Both the position numbers and the translations under genes were made by a program. Source: Xylographa opegraphella (taxonomy: Eukaryota). Taken from it: a DNA stretch of 64,000 nt. Each line of letters opens with the position of its first letter. Positions within the stretch are counted from its first letter, which is position 1. This document shows positions 12,445 to 25,684 of the stretch, piece by piece. The stretch lies in the NCBI GenBank assembly GCA_022813865.1, contig JALDZX010000017.1, forward strand, positions 124,001 to 188,000, given 5' to 3'. Under the pieces are notes generated by a model, which saw only the letters and a program-made list of their open reading frames with translations, made no database searches and was not told the DNA's origin.

Positions 12445-13428
12445 CTCCAGGCGCTATGCAGGTATGTGAGAATCGACGTCAACTCAATAGGCCAATAGAT
12501 ACACAACAAAGGGCGAGAGGGCGAAATTGACAGGACACAAGTCCGTCGTTGGCGCACGCCGAAGAAAATTGTGCGAATCGGTAAGTCGGCGCCATTGTGA
12601 AGGCCTTCTAGCCTTTTATAATATCCACTCATCAACTGAAGGCCATCAGCCTCAGCCTGACAGGAAATGTGCTGCAGCATCCCGTCGTCTGCATCGGGCG
12701 GGGCTATGTTTGGCAAAGAAGGCAAGGTGCGGCTCTTTTGGCCCCCACGATTAAAACTAGTCGTGGAACTAAGTCTTGGCAATAAGGAGGACACACATTT
12801 ACCTGCCTTAGTCAATAATACATTTTAGGCCCGGCCTGTTAAAAAGGATAATGGGGCAAGCGTATCATGATATATAATATCTTTAACACGGCCCTCCTGT
12901 CGCGACTCACCCAGGAGTGGCCGCTTTCGCGGGTCGGCTGTAGTGGCAGGCTCTTGCCCCACGCAAGGTAGCTTTGTAAGGGTTTCCTGCCCGCTCAGCA
13001 AGCCCTACTCCACATATACATGAACAGAGCTTTCAGCTCTGCAGATAAATCATTCTTTCATTATATCACAGTCACCACATTTTCAGCTTGTGCTTGTATC
13101 AAAGTTGATGTATCCGAGGAAGACATTGAATCGCTTCAATTTGTTCATGTTGGTGTATGGCTACCTTGCGACGACCTTCAACGTTTGATGATGTTATAGA
13201 AAACTCGAAGCAAAACGTTAAGACACGGTCGTATGTTAAAGTTGTTGTTATTCGGCACGTCGAGTAAACCGTTTATATAGTTGGGAGTCCGAGAAAAATA
13301 AGTCATTTCCTAAACCTGTATACGTTCAAGTTTAACGCAGCTGATGCTCAGCTACGCCTTCTTTTAAACGAGTAGTTGAAGTGGTGTAGAGACTCGCTTC
13401 TCGATTCCCTCTCCTGTAGCTATCCTAG

Positions 13429-13537
13429 CTGCATGTTCACTCTTCTGTGACAGACTGCATATCCACTCTCATGTGGCTGGCTGTATGTTCAATCTCATGT
13501 GTCTGACCGCATATTGACTCTTATGTGGCAAGCTGCA
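13429..13537. repeat. Degenerate 26-bp tandem repeat, 4 units
   Basis: Units start at 13429, 13455, 13481 and 13507: ctgcatgttcactcttctgtgacaga / ctgcatatccactctcatgtggctgg / ctgtatgttcaatctcatgtgtctga / ccgcatattgactcttatgtggcaag. Confidence 0.85.
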
Positions 13538-14025
13538 GCACCATGCGGCCATTCTACGATCATTTGGCAATCAGTTCTTCTTCTGTAGTATTGGTAACAA
13601 GTAATATTCCGGTTTTAGCTGCTCCCTAGTCGTCGAAATAGTGTATATAGCCGGGACGGCTGGCTGAATATTGATAGTGTCAAATCGTGGCTTGCGGTGA
13701 ATTTTAGCTTAGGGAGCTACGGATATATCGCTAGGATATGCGAGTTGTCGCATCATGTACTACATAAATAACCGGTGTTGTATGTTCAGCCAGCCACAGA
13801 TTAAAATGGTGCGGCTTGCTCAGACCTTACACCATGCTCGTTAAATGTAATCTGCATTGGCAAGATGACTATATGTGATTTTCAAGGAAGCGACCATGGC
13901 ATGTATTGCTTCTGTTGCTTGTACACAAGATCCAGCCCACCACTCATTAAAATTTTTCAACGTATTGCATAGATTGCGAAAAATCCTTAGAAAACCTAAT
14001 CAACAGGTATCTCATCATATTCATT

Positions 14026-15307
14026 ATGGACCCATATCAAGCCATTCTCTTCAAGTTAGCCGGCATGACCACAGCTCTCGTTGGGGTTATTTCCAGCCAA
14101 ATTGAGCAATCATTGCCAGCCATATCAGCTGATGAGCTCTTGGCTTTGGAAAGAGTAGATGGAAGTCCTGTCGATCTCGCGTCTGATCCCCGCAGACGCA
14201 AATGTAGGCGTCTCAGGTTTTCTACAGGCACCCCAAGATGCTAAGGCGCAGCAGGCCAAATCGGGAATCAATGTCGAGACTTCCAGGATAGGTTGAAGAC
14301 TCTGAATGATACAGTCAGCGGACAGATAAACGCTCTGAACAATTTCATACCGACAAGCACAGAAAACTTTAATGCCGCCGCCGGATCCGCTTTCAATTGC
14401 CTACAGGCCCTCACAGCTAAAATGCTGCAAGTAGCTGATGGTGATAAGAAGCTAGACCTTGAAGAACATGACCTCGGGCTTACTCTAACAAGCACGCGAG
14501 GAAGTTTCCAAGCGCTGGTCCAGACATGTCAGGATGTCTACAAGCAGTTGAGTGACCAAGCAGCAGCGCTTGCTCAGCAAGAGAGTTATAACGACCGGCT
14601 CAAGTTGGATATCCAAGCAAAGAACCAGGAAATCAAAGCGGAGCAGCCAGGTGTTCTTGACATGGTGCGTGTCGACGTCCAGACAGCAAGCCAACTGGAG
14701 TCCGATGCCAATACAACAAGGGACCAGTTATCCAGTGCTCAGAATGACGCGAACGTAAGTGCTAGCGAACCCATTATAGGTTTAAACTTATATTTCTCAG
14801 AGTATAGGAGAAAGTTTGAAGGTGTTTTTCACTGGGAGCGACAACGATCTTAACAATCGAATTCAGAGTATCGAAGATACACTTCGAAATCAGGAAGATG
14901 CTCGAAATCAAGCTAGAGAGCAGGCTATCAACCACTATCAGCTTTACGTCGGCGAGACCACTGCTATCAGTGTCCTGGACGACTTCCTTGCTCAAGTTCA
15001 GACAAACTTTAACATGGCTAGCAATGAATACGACGATCTAATGGGCAGCAGAGGTGCCGCGGACCGTACATTCGAATCGATCAAGCTTTTATGCTGGGAC
15101 ATTGAGAACTCGCAGGACAGCGCCACTCGCGATGCGTGTCTGAAGCATGTGCTGCATCTTTTGAATGGTTTGTCGCCACCTCTGGATCAAGTAGCCGCGG
15201 TGGTTGCCGCGAAACAGGAGATTGAAGCTCAGATCAAGGGTGTGCTCGGTGATGGCAAATTTGAGAAGTTGAAAACGGCCCAAGAACCTCCTGCAGTAGA
15301 CATGTAG
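14026..15307 (+). CDS. Alpha-helical coiled-coil protein of ~395 aa (candidate 'A' component of an alpha-pore-forming toxin), 3 exons
   Basis: Introns 14204-14251/14254 (GTAGGC..GCTAAG..CAG) and 14755-14800 (GTAAGT..CAG) join ORFs 14026, 14293 and 14816 in frame. Q/A/L/D-rich heptads with a short amphipathic turn, SIGESLKVFFTG. Confidence 0.75.
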
Positions 15308-16523
15308 TTTTCGTCCTCGATATTCCTCGCAATGAAAATCTGCAAAGTCATGATAAGTCGAAAACGTGTTTAAGAAAATAATCATAATCTTCATCGTTCG
15401 TAGCTCACGCCTATAATCGAACATACTGAAAATTCTAAACCTGAGCCAAAGCCCCGATGCGGTAACATGCTCTGAGGTTCATGCGATAAATTCCACGGTC
15501 TTTTCCCAAAGACATATTCTAGTCTTCTAACCTGTAGTTGCAGTGTACAATTACCCTTTCGTCGTAAATATACGCACCACCTCCTTGCACGCACGCCTCC
15601 GACTCGTAGCGAGGGACACGGGATGCAAGTAAACTGCAATTATTCTCCGATGCACTTCTTGCAGGACCTTTCCTGCATGATCTGGAATGAGATTGCATTA
15701 AGGTGGTACGGAGGCAGATTTCATGGGACCGAATACGCTGGTTGTCGAGGACTGCAGCGGGATAATCTGCAGTCCAAAGACCTTTTGAGGGTCCAGACCC
15801 CGTGACGGAGGCGCCACAGAATACGAGCTATCTTAATGCTATTCAAGGTTAATCAGTCCTTATTCAGGTCGGCCGTACCCCGCTGTCAGCCAGCCTCACC
15901 CGCCCTGAGCCGCCGTACGAAGGTACTTCAGCTGTACTCCGTAGGTTCGATGTCACTAACGCCGATTGCGTCTTGCGGCCACAGTGCTGAGGTGGTACGT
16001 CCAGACTAGTTGACTCACGTTGGGATGTTCGCGATCCTTCTCTGCTTTGACAATTGTCGGCTATCACATTCGAGACCTCTTGGTGGCTGGCTGAGTTCCA
16101 TCCACGACAGAGCTCGAGGCGCTGTGAACCCGGCAAGTCTTGCAACACTGACGGACTTCTCAACTCCTATCCTATGGCTTTATCAGGATTTTCAATATCC
16201 TACATGACCACTGTCTGTTTCAGTCCTTTGGGGCAATCGCATGGTTCAATGAAAGCCATGCTCCAAGCTATTGTCCCGCGTCAATGTGATCCACCTTGTT
16301 CTGGATGTGCGCAATACCATTAGCATGTTTTTTAGCATCTCTTGAAACGGTTCGGAAGGTCTTGATCTTGCCGATCAAGTCTGCTGATAATGCTTGCTCG
16401 CATTGTATATAACTCGTCCGCCCCGCTGAACTAAAGGCCTCGTAACGTCAGGATTTGAGCCTCCATTGATAGCTCCTCAGAAAACAACTCAGCTCTCAAG
16501 TCGATCTTGTTATACAAGCAATC

Positions 16524-19226
16524 ATGTCAGAATCCCCAGCTGATAAGCTTGCAGCGGTGCAAGATGCGCAAGACCAGCGCCTCAAGGACAAGTACAATGG
16601 CAAAGCCGGCAAAAAGTTCGTGACCGATGTTAAAGAGTCACTCCTTTTCCAGTCCAACTGGTCAGACCTGTTATCAGCCGCTCCAATTGCCTTAGAGCTA
16701 TTGGGCGCATGCTTTGTTGCGGCGTCTGCTCCAGATGCAGACTCGATTCTACTGACCGAAGCGGTACCAAAGGAGGGATGGAAGTGCCTTAAGTAGATCT
16801 TCGAGCCTAAGCTGTGTGCCCAATGTACTGAGGCCATCTAGTAATGTTCGAGACCCTTCTCTCCGAGCATGTCTTATCCAGATCACCAGCCAGGGACGAA
16901 TTACATTTGGTACAGCTGGAGTGAATATGTCAAAGATTGCTGAGACATCCAGCTCGATAAATGAAGTGGTTAGTGTTACTACCGAAACTGTTTGGCAATT
17001 ATTAAATCATTTTTCAGGTTTCCAATGTTATCCGAGCCGTTCAAGCTATTTACCAGCCAGGCATGAAAGATTATCTTGACAATTTTCTTCAACAGCTCCG
17101 TGACCAAGCAAAAGACTGTTGCGATTATTCCGACGAGATTGAAAAGGCATTCGATACCTGGTTGACAATGGTTGCAGAGCTTCATACAGCTAGCGAGCAA
17201 AAGTCTGGGGCCGTTAGTGCAGAGACATCTACCAATCTCTCCGCACAAATTGCTGCGCAAATTCAGCAGCAAGGTGCGTCGGAGATGCTAGACAGCGCTA
17301 AACCGGCAGCAGATCGTGCCAAAAAGTCCCTAGATATCGCCGAGGATAATTTCAAACAAGCTAATGAAGCAATACCAAGTCGTTAGTTCTTCTTTACTGA
17401 TTTCTTGAACACCCACTAATTGGGACAAGCTCTCGTTACTATGGGTATGCAGATTTTGCAGTCAGCTGTAAGCGCTGGTCCAAAATTGATCGCGGCGGCT
17501 CTACCGGCTGTCATGATGGCAGCAGACCCAATGACAGCGCTTGGGCCAGCGCTTGGAGCCATGGGCAAGTCTTTCGCTGTTGGAGATGCACAAGGTGCAC
17601 CGACTGTGGCACAAGGCGCAGCAGCTTTACTGTCAGGGCCGCAGGTACTGCCGACTGGAAACGATGATCCTGGTTATCAGGCAGCATTGCATACTGAGCC
17701 TATCATGACAAGCCTTTTCTCTTACTTGACCGAAGGAAAGAACAAGAGTATTGACTGGGAGAAGTTTCACGACAAGGCAGCTGGTGGTGATGGCAAGACG
17801 CCAGTGGGTGTCACTGCGATCGAGACTATGTTAACTATGGCAAAGAAAAATGGAGGGTTGTCGAACCAGCCGCCTTCCGTTGATGTTTCGCAGGCTATAG
17901 ATTCCTCACTTTCGGTAAACTTGATAGCAATTATAATCGATCAATACTGATATCTTTAGGTCCTTACGGAGATTGGAAATGCGATCAAACAGCAAAGTCA
18001 GCTTACCTCGGATGCCGTCGGAGAAGACACAATCAAAGGCTGGCAAACCAAAATCAAAGAAGCTGAAACAACTGTCACAAGGTTGAGCACTACGCTTTCG
18101 ACCGGTCCAGCAGCTTCAAGCAGTGTGCCTACTATAGGTGATATGAGAGCACCAGCGCCCAGCGATGACTCAAGTGGTAAGACGGTATTCAAAGAAAGTT
18201 TGAGTTGTTTGAGCTAAAGTATACAGCTTGTGCCTCTCTGGATATGGCCAACAAACGTCTTGCGACAGATCAACAAGCCTTGAACAATTCGCAGAAAAAC
18301 TATGAAACGGCCATGGAACATCAAACTCAGGCAATTAGTGATTTAGCAGTTGCGCGTGGCAAGCTTGCGGAGCTCAAAGCTACAGCAGATACTCTTGTAA
18401 TTGAAACATCGATCCGGAAACAAGAGCTTTTGTGCTAACACGTTGTAGACGCATGTTAATGCCGTCTTGATTAGTTGTATCAATCTCCTTGTGCAATTAA
18501 AGGTGCAGGTCGGCAAGCTTAAGCAATTCTTTGCTGCTATTCATGCAATGATTGATGTCGTCGTTCGAACCAGAGTCAACAGTTTCGATAAGGATATTAC
18601 CACTCTCGAAAATGTCAGTTTAAAGTCTGGCGGACTCACGATCAACAACTTGACTCAGGAGGCAAGTCGCTCTTTCGTATGACATAACGCATTGATTCTA
18701 ACATCAAGCAAGACAATATATACTTCTACACTACAATTAAAAGCCTATTTTGACCTCCTGCATGATATCGCAGGGATGTATACACAGATACATACCCAGC
18801 ACATCACCCAGGGAGTTGACCTGGTCGACATGTTGAGTCGAGAAAGCAGCCCAGCTGAAGTGACTCAAAGGCAACAAGACCTTGAGAAGTTTGCCGATAA
18901 TGCTGGAAGCGCAATCAAAGATCTCTGCACAAAGGTATAGCCGCATACCATCGAGACATTCATCCCGAATCCGAATAATGCCTCAGTTACTGACTGATTC
19001 CTGCCATCAGCAACAACGTCAGGTGACGGAAGGCCTACAGCAGCGCATTACGAATATCGCGCAGAGCACCCAGATGTTGGAGAGCGTAGGAGTTACAATG
19101 GACCCGAAGTCACTGGCTGCAGTGCAAGCTGGCGCGGCCAGCAACACGCAAGCCGTGCAGGCTGGATTCGACGAACACAAGGCGCTCAAGAAGGATCTAT
19201 CGCAAGACTTTCTGAGTGTTCCATAA
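16524..19226 (+). CDS. 760-aa helical-bundle protein with central hydrophobic Ala/Gly segment (candidate ClyA/Hbl-like toxin), 9 exons
   Basis: Exons 16524-16792, 16842-16968, 17018-17381, 17430-17914, 17960-18176, 18227-18396, 18449-18661, 18713-18934 and 19011-19226 splice in frame (2283 nt). Motif NWSDLLSAAPIALELLGACFVAAS, long coiled coils, and hydrophobic LVTMGMQILQSAVSAGPKLIAAALPAVMMAADPMTALGPALGAMG. Confidence 0.85.
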
Positions 19227-20256
19227 GCTGAGCTGAACGCAGAAGTACCGCTGCCAGGTTTACCGCGATGGAATGTTTCTCAAAATTCGCGTCAAGTCAA
19301 GGAGTTTTGATGGTTCGTGAATCGACTGAGTCAGTTGGGCCACCTAATTTGAGACTGTTGTTGAATAGCAGATAATCTAGTAATTCACTATAAATTGACC
19401 ATCGATTGCACCGCTGCTGCTTGTCCCAACTGCAAGAACCTCATACCCCGATAACCGTTTTGCTTCCTTCCAGAAGGCCATCACCCTTACCTTCCTGTCG
19501 CCCTGCCATGGAAACTCGCACTACCGATCCCCCCTATCGGCAAAACCTCCACAGTTCCATTCCGAGAAAATCCATACCGTACCATCAAGCTCCTGCGTGT
19601 GCGAGACACCGACCACATGCATATGCGCACGCGCGAATATGAAGTCAAGTGACAGACATCCGCACGCCGCAGCAGCCCAACAAGCAGTACCAGCATAAAC
19701 AACATAGCCTAGCCCGGCCTAGCCACAAAATCTTCAACCACGCACCGCCAGACGAGCCCATGCATACCGCACCCGCTCGGCCAGTCCGCCATTCGCTCGG
19801 GCTCAACCGTTCGATGGATACCGTGTGGATATGCCCGGGCTTGTGAGGGATCAGGATGTCTATAAAGGGTTCTGGTACCGTGAAAAGTAGGTGGTCTGGG
19901 GGTACTTCTAGGAGACTGAACAAGCGAGGTGCGTTTGATGTCTTCAATGAACGTGCTGAAAAGATATATTATTCTTAGTTTTAAAAGGCCGGAATATGGG
20001 TAATAGAACGGTATATGTTCTTTCGCGCCTGCTTGGAAAACACTCAGCCTCTAGTCGCGCGATGCGGGCGAGGATCGGGTGAGCGTCGCGCAGCGGTAGG
20101 GCGGCGCTCACCCTGAACCCTAGGAAGGTGAGATCAGGATATTTTTGCGTCTTCTTGGCACTGCCATTGAGAACACACGGCAGCCATTTTCGTTGTATAA
20201 GCGCGAAACTGATAATCAAGTTCTCCGGTCTCAAGCCCAACTCCTGTAGAGCAGCT

Positions 20257-23200
20257 TCACATACCCAAGAAATCCTCTGCTCCACCAACATCATCCATGA
20301 CGTTCGCCATGTGCAGATCCATCTCCATTCCTGCCTTGATCGCGTCCACCATCTGGGCCTGCCCGGTCGCAGTCACTCCCGTTCCATTTTCCATATCGAG
20401 CAGCATTTCGTTGCCATCGACAGCCACTGCTGCATCCATGGCTGCATTTACATCAAGATCCGCTTCGATTTCACCGGGGGTACTACTCCCTCCTTGAGAC
20501 TGCACTCTCCGATGCAATCTCACAATTATTTCTGCTCTTGCTGCATCGTGCTTACTTAGGGCGAATGCACCGTTGTAAGCGGACTGAAGAGCATGCCGCA
20601 GTGAAAGCCTCTCGCGTCCGTCATTCGCAGTAGGAGCACATATCAGCGCAGTTACGATATCGAGTACCACATCCGCCGCTTCGTTTGCAGCATGCTTCAA
20701 TGTCATGTCAAGCAAAGACCCAAGCACGACTTTAGCGCCGAGCATAGTCGCCGCTGTCAGCAATAGCCGGTGGGTATAATTCGGCGGGGCTGCATTCGAC
20801 ACGCCGGTCGTGCTCCAATTGACAAGGGCCATGATAGAGTTGTATAATGACGAGAGTATGCTGCCGCCTGGCGTGCCACACCAGCTCTCAAGCTCAGAAG
20901 CCGATGTGGCAGTGTTGCGTGGGTGCCGGATTCGGCTTTTGAGAGTCGTAAGCAGAGACTCGATGTCTTGACGTTTAGGATGGAGCTTTTGAAGTGCGAC
21001 GAGAGCTCTGTCAAGAGGCACGGTGGTGACTGCAAGAACTGCCTCATGCAGAGAAAGTGCGTCAGATGATAGGGATGGTGGATGGACCAAGAGGGATAAA
21101 GCAGGCAAGAGTATCGAGAGCGATGTAGTAGAAGTAGATAAAGGAGTGAGCAGGCGACGAGTTGACCAAGAAAGACCTGCTATCAGGGATGGAAGCAGGA
21201 ATGGCTCGAGCAAATCTAAGGCGCCGTGATATTAGTAGCGAATTCAAAGCATAGTCCGCGGGTTTACGAACACACAGGAATATAAAATGCTTTCTCCTAT
21301 TGCGATACTTACATTCAAAACCGCCTTTCAATGTCTCCAGACCAAGTACTCCGGCTTCACAAGCCTTTAGACTTTGATCAAACAGGGTTGCGACCAGTAA
21401 ATAGAATTCCTGCGGACCACATGTGGATATTAGCTCATCGCTAATACCTTCTGTCTCAAAGAGACCCTTGATCCAGCCGCCGAGGTGCATCTTCTCTTTG
21501 TCCGAAAGCTCGCTAGGGTCTCTTGAGATACATCCTCTTCGAATGTACTTTAATATGAAGGAGTCAGCATAGCTGATGCCCAATTCGCTGTCCGGCAAAT
21601 TGAAATGTTGACGAAACACTAAGACAAGTAGGAGAATACTACCAAATTCGTCGTATACAGGTTGGTGTTCCCCTATCATATAGTTAGCAGAATGCAAGAA
21701 ATATATATATTTAATGCTTACCTTGATCCTCATGAACCTGCCAATGGTCTAGGAGCTCACAAAGCGGCTGGAGGATAGTACTTGGTTGGCAGAAGATCAT
21801 CAAGACGTTCAGTGCCCGAGACTTGCGAGAGAGTGCATTGCAAATAATTTTGAGAGTCATGGTATCTTTGTTGTTACATAAGCTCTGCAAGATCTGTCAA
21901 TTTGGTGTTAGTCGAGAGCTTTCGATATTGTCACCTCCGATCTTTATTCATATCTATTTATGGATAATGGTTTGAGGGTGACAAACCTCGACCAAAGCTC
22001 GGGCTATTTCAGCGGCGTTGCCTTCCATATTCTCTAATTCCCAAACGAACTCCTCTATTTTGACAGGATTTGCAGTACATTGTGCCACAAGATCGGTTTT
22101 TTGATATTTGCCACCTTCTGGTAGACTTTGCATTGGAACGTCTCCAAGAATAGACTCGATCGACTGTTCTGGTATGAGACCATATAAAGCACACGAGAAG
22201 AGGAATTCGGCACGGGCTTCGGAGAGCATACCACTGCTGTCGAGCAAGTCAAATGACTGGGTGGAGTAAGGATCAGCCGGGGGATCCATTCGACCTAGAC
22301 CTTCCGCTATGCAGGATTCAATGTTGTAAGGTGGAAATATCATTGTAGAATATGATTCGAGCAGTACAGGTAGTTTGTTAGTCAAAAACGAACGATAAAT
22401 AAAGATGCCACCGTTCGACTCCGCTCGATTGATAGCATTAGCAAGAACATCAAACGTCGCCGTAATGAGATCAGTAACCAGAGTAGGTATGCCACCCTGC
22501 TGCCGTCAGCGATAACCGGGATATCTCTTAATCCCATCGACCTACACTATAGCGGACATTAAGATATTTGAATAGTGTTACGTCGTTGAAAAGAGGTCTT
22601 CCAATAAGCTACCATTGATCAGAGAAACAATGGACATGACACGAATACAACATACCATGGCATTAATGTATATGTACAGAGCTGCTCTAGTGATAATCAG
22701 TGGATTGTCTAGTACATTCTCTTGATAAGCTAGAGAGTCTAAGTCCACCCCTTCAACCACCGCATTGCCGAGTACGTTGACAGACTCATCATGGAGACCG
22801 GATTGCTTCTGCAGAATGTCTAACGCCTGACCAAGTTGTGCATTAGATGGCGATATCAGAACAGTGAACGGTGGCAAGTATCGGCTGAACCAGGTCTTGA
22901 GATCTAGAAATCATCAGATTGGTGAAGGACATAGATATATTGCCAGTAATAGACTGCAAAGATACCTTTCGGAGGGCCCCCATCTTTGCTTGTCAGAAGG
23001 CCAACCTTTGAGAGCTCGTTAATGTATGCGCCAACGTATTGGCCAAGAGCATTTCCAATTTCAAGGAACGGTCCTTCAAGAGGAATAAGATGCTCCAAAG
23101 TTTGGGTGAATGTCGACAGAAGAGAAATCAATGGCTTTGCAACATGAAGAGTGTCTATCCGCTCAGAGGCTGCGGTAACAATAGCTCTTCGTTGGATCAT

Positions 23201-23563
23201 TTGAAAGCTGAGTCTATCCAAAACCGCGGCTTCTGTGCTTCGTCCGGCATGGTCATTGAGGCCATTCTCTCCAAAAGCTCCAATCTTATTGAAGTCTCGA
23301 GCGATGCTTCCCAATACTTCAGCATCCGTTAGAACACCACCCTGCAGAAGCAACTCGAAGTAGCAGAGTAAGCGATCCTGAAGGCGCGCACTGCCATGTC
23401 TCTGCTGTATCCACGCTTGATATATGAACCTGCCGCTCAGTGGCGACCGAACGCTTTGCGCCCTGAGTTCGTGTGGAAATTTACCAAATTCGAGGTGATC
23501 GAGCATGCATCTGGAGAAAAAGACCCTCCAGTTCTCGATCTTTTCGACGTCCTTTGCAAGCAT
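20257..23563 (-). CDS. MED5: Mediator of RNA polymerase II transcription subunit 5 (Nut1), multi-exon
   Basis: Motifs [86 protein letters not shown] and PPNYTHRLL. Confidence 0.9.
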
Positions 23564-24540
23564 AATTGGCTACTCTGAATATTGCCAAACTCGTCTGTCA
23601 AATGCATATCTCACATATTCTCGGATGACAACGACCCTCAGCTAGGTAGATATTCGCACTCAGTTCTTGCCCAGTAGGAAATAGTCTGCAGCTCCTTCGC
23701 TAATGTGCAGCAATAGGAAAAGAATTCAATCTCAGCTTAGGTATATATGCAATTGCTGATTATCACCTATCGATCAGTGAAGCACTTCCATTTATATAGG
23801 ATTGAAGAAGCTTATCGATGTAGCATCGCAGCGTCCTCTTCTGTTAGATAATGTAGGAAATTGGACGCCCAACACGGGACGTGCTCTCGGAGAATTGGTT
23901 AGCGTGCTTAGTAATATGCGCTTATGCTGATGTATACGCGAGTTCGCACGATAATAGAAGAGATACGGAGAATTTAACAAGCAAACGTGGCATTATTCTA
24001 CCTATAGAGCGTAGTCCAGATTCGATGATCTACAATTATTTTTGGCCCAACAATGGTCGATCAGGTTCAATTCAATTTTGGAGTTTGGTAATGTTTCGAC
24101 ATGGCTAAGCATTGTGAAAAAGTTCAGGACTCGTCGGAAACAATGACCTTACTTCATTAGATTTTCTTAGGAATAAGGATCCATAGTCACGTTAAAGATC
24201 TTCATTGATTACTGAAAGGCAAGGAGACAGCGCGACTGACATGTCCGAGTGTATCAACTGCCGGCAATGAAATCTAAACGCACATGAAGTACGATATGGA
24301 CTACCTTAGGGCTTCGGCTGCCTGTTCACGAAAGCGGGAGATAGCGTTCTGTGGGCCCATAACTCCGAGGATCGGCTACATTAACCGTTGTTACATCATA
24401 GCCCAAGATGCTCGTATTTACGAAGGCGATCCGAAATAAAAGCAACAATTCTCTACTTTCACGACCTTTGGAGATCATCATATACACCTTGTACAAAGTA
24501 CAAACAATATCTATATATATATAAGACATCTAGATTCACG

Positions 24541-25684
24541 ATGGTACCCAAATTGCCTCAGCGTCAGCTTGGAAAGAACGGCCCAATGGTTACTGCCCTT
24601 GGGTTTGGTGCCATGGGCCTGTCCGCTTTTTATGGCAAGCCTGAAGCCGATGAAGTGCGCTTCGAGGTCATAGATCGGGCATATGAGCTTGGTGAAACCA
24701 ATTGGGACACCGCGGACATATACATGGACAACGAGGATCTTATTGGAAAATGGTTCAAACGAACTGGCAAGCGGGACGAAGTATGTCTCCAGTTGACGAT
24801 GGGCCTCAAGGAATCCTTTTCATTGACCTTTTACCTTCTCAGATCTTTCTGGCAACCAAATTCGCAAACCATGTGAAACCGGACGGAAGCAGAGAAGTAA
24901 GGAACGAGCCTGAATATGTCAAGCAAGCATGTGCGAAGAGTCTGAAGCGACTGGGCATTTCCACAATAGATCTTTATTACTGTCACAGACTTAGCGGCGA
25001 GGTACCGATAGAGGACATGGTTGGGGCCATGGCAGAGCTGGTCAAGTAAGTTCAAATTGGTTGAGCTGCTCTAGATATTTATAACTGACTGGGACATTTA
25101 GGGAAGGTAAGGTCAAATATCTTGGCCTCAGCGAATGCTCTTCGGAGTCGCTCCGTCGCGCTTATAAGGTGCACCCAATTCAGGCTGTCCAGATCGAGTA
25201 CAGTCCTTTCACGATGGACATTGAAGATCCTAAAATTGGTTTGATGGAGACTTGTAAGGAACTCGGGGTTGCGATCGTTGCATATAGTCCGCTGGGCCGC
25301 GGCTTTATCACAGGCCAGTACAAGTCGCCGGATGATTTTGAAGATGGGGACTTCAGAAAAATGGCCCCTAGGTTCTCGGCAGAGAACTTCCCCAAAAATC
25401 TTAAGCTCGTGGACCGCATTGGAGAGTTGGCGAAGAAGAAGGGTATCACTGCGGGCCAATTGACTCTTGCATGGCTCCTAAAACAAGACGAGCTGGTAAT
25501 TCCCATCCCGGGCACAAAAAAGATCAAGTATCTTGAAGAAAACCTTGGCGCCCTGGACGTTAAATTGAGCGAAGAAGAAAATACAGAAATAAGAAAGGCC
25601 GTCGAGAGCGCAGAAATACATGGGGACAGATATCCTACGCCAATGATGAAGATTTTGTTTGGTGATACTCCACCAGCAGCATGA
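24541..25684 (+). CDS. Aldo-keto reductase (YakC/AKR13-like), 3 exons
   Basis: [16 protein letters not shown] (catalytic Asp/Tyr), [33 protein letters not shown] and [15 protein letters not shown]. Introns at ~24781-24842 and ~25046-25100. Confidence 0.93.
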
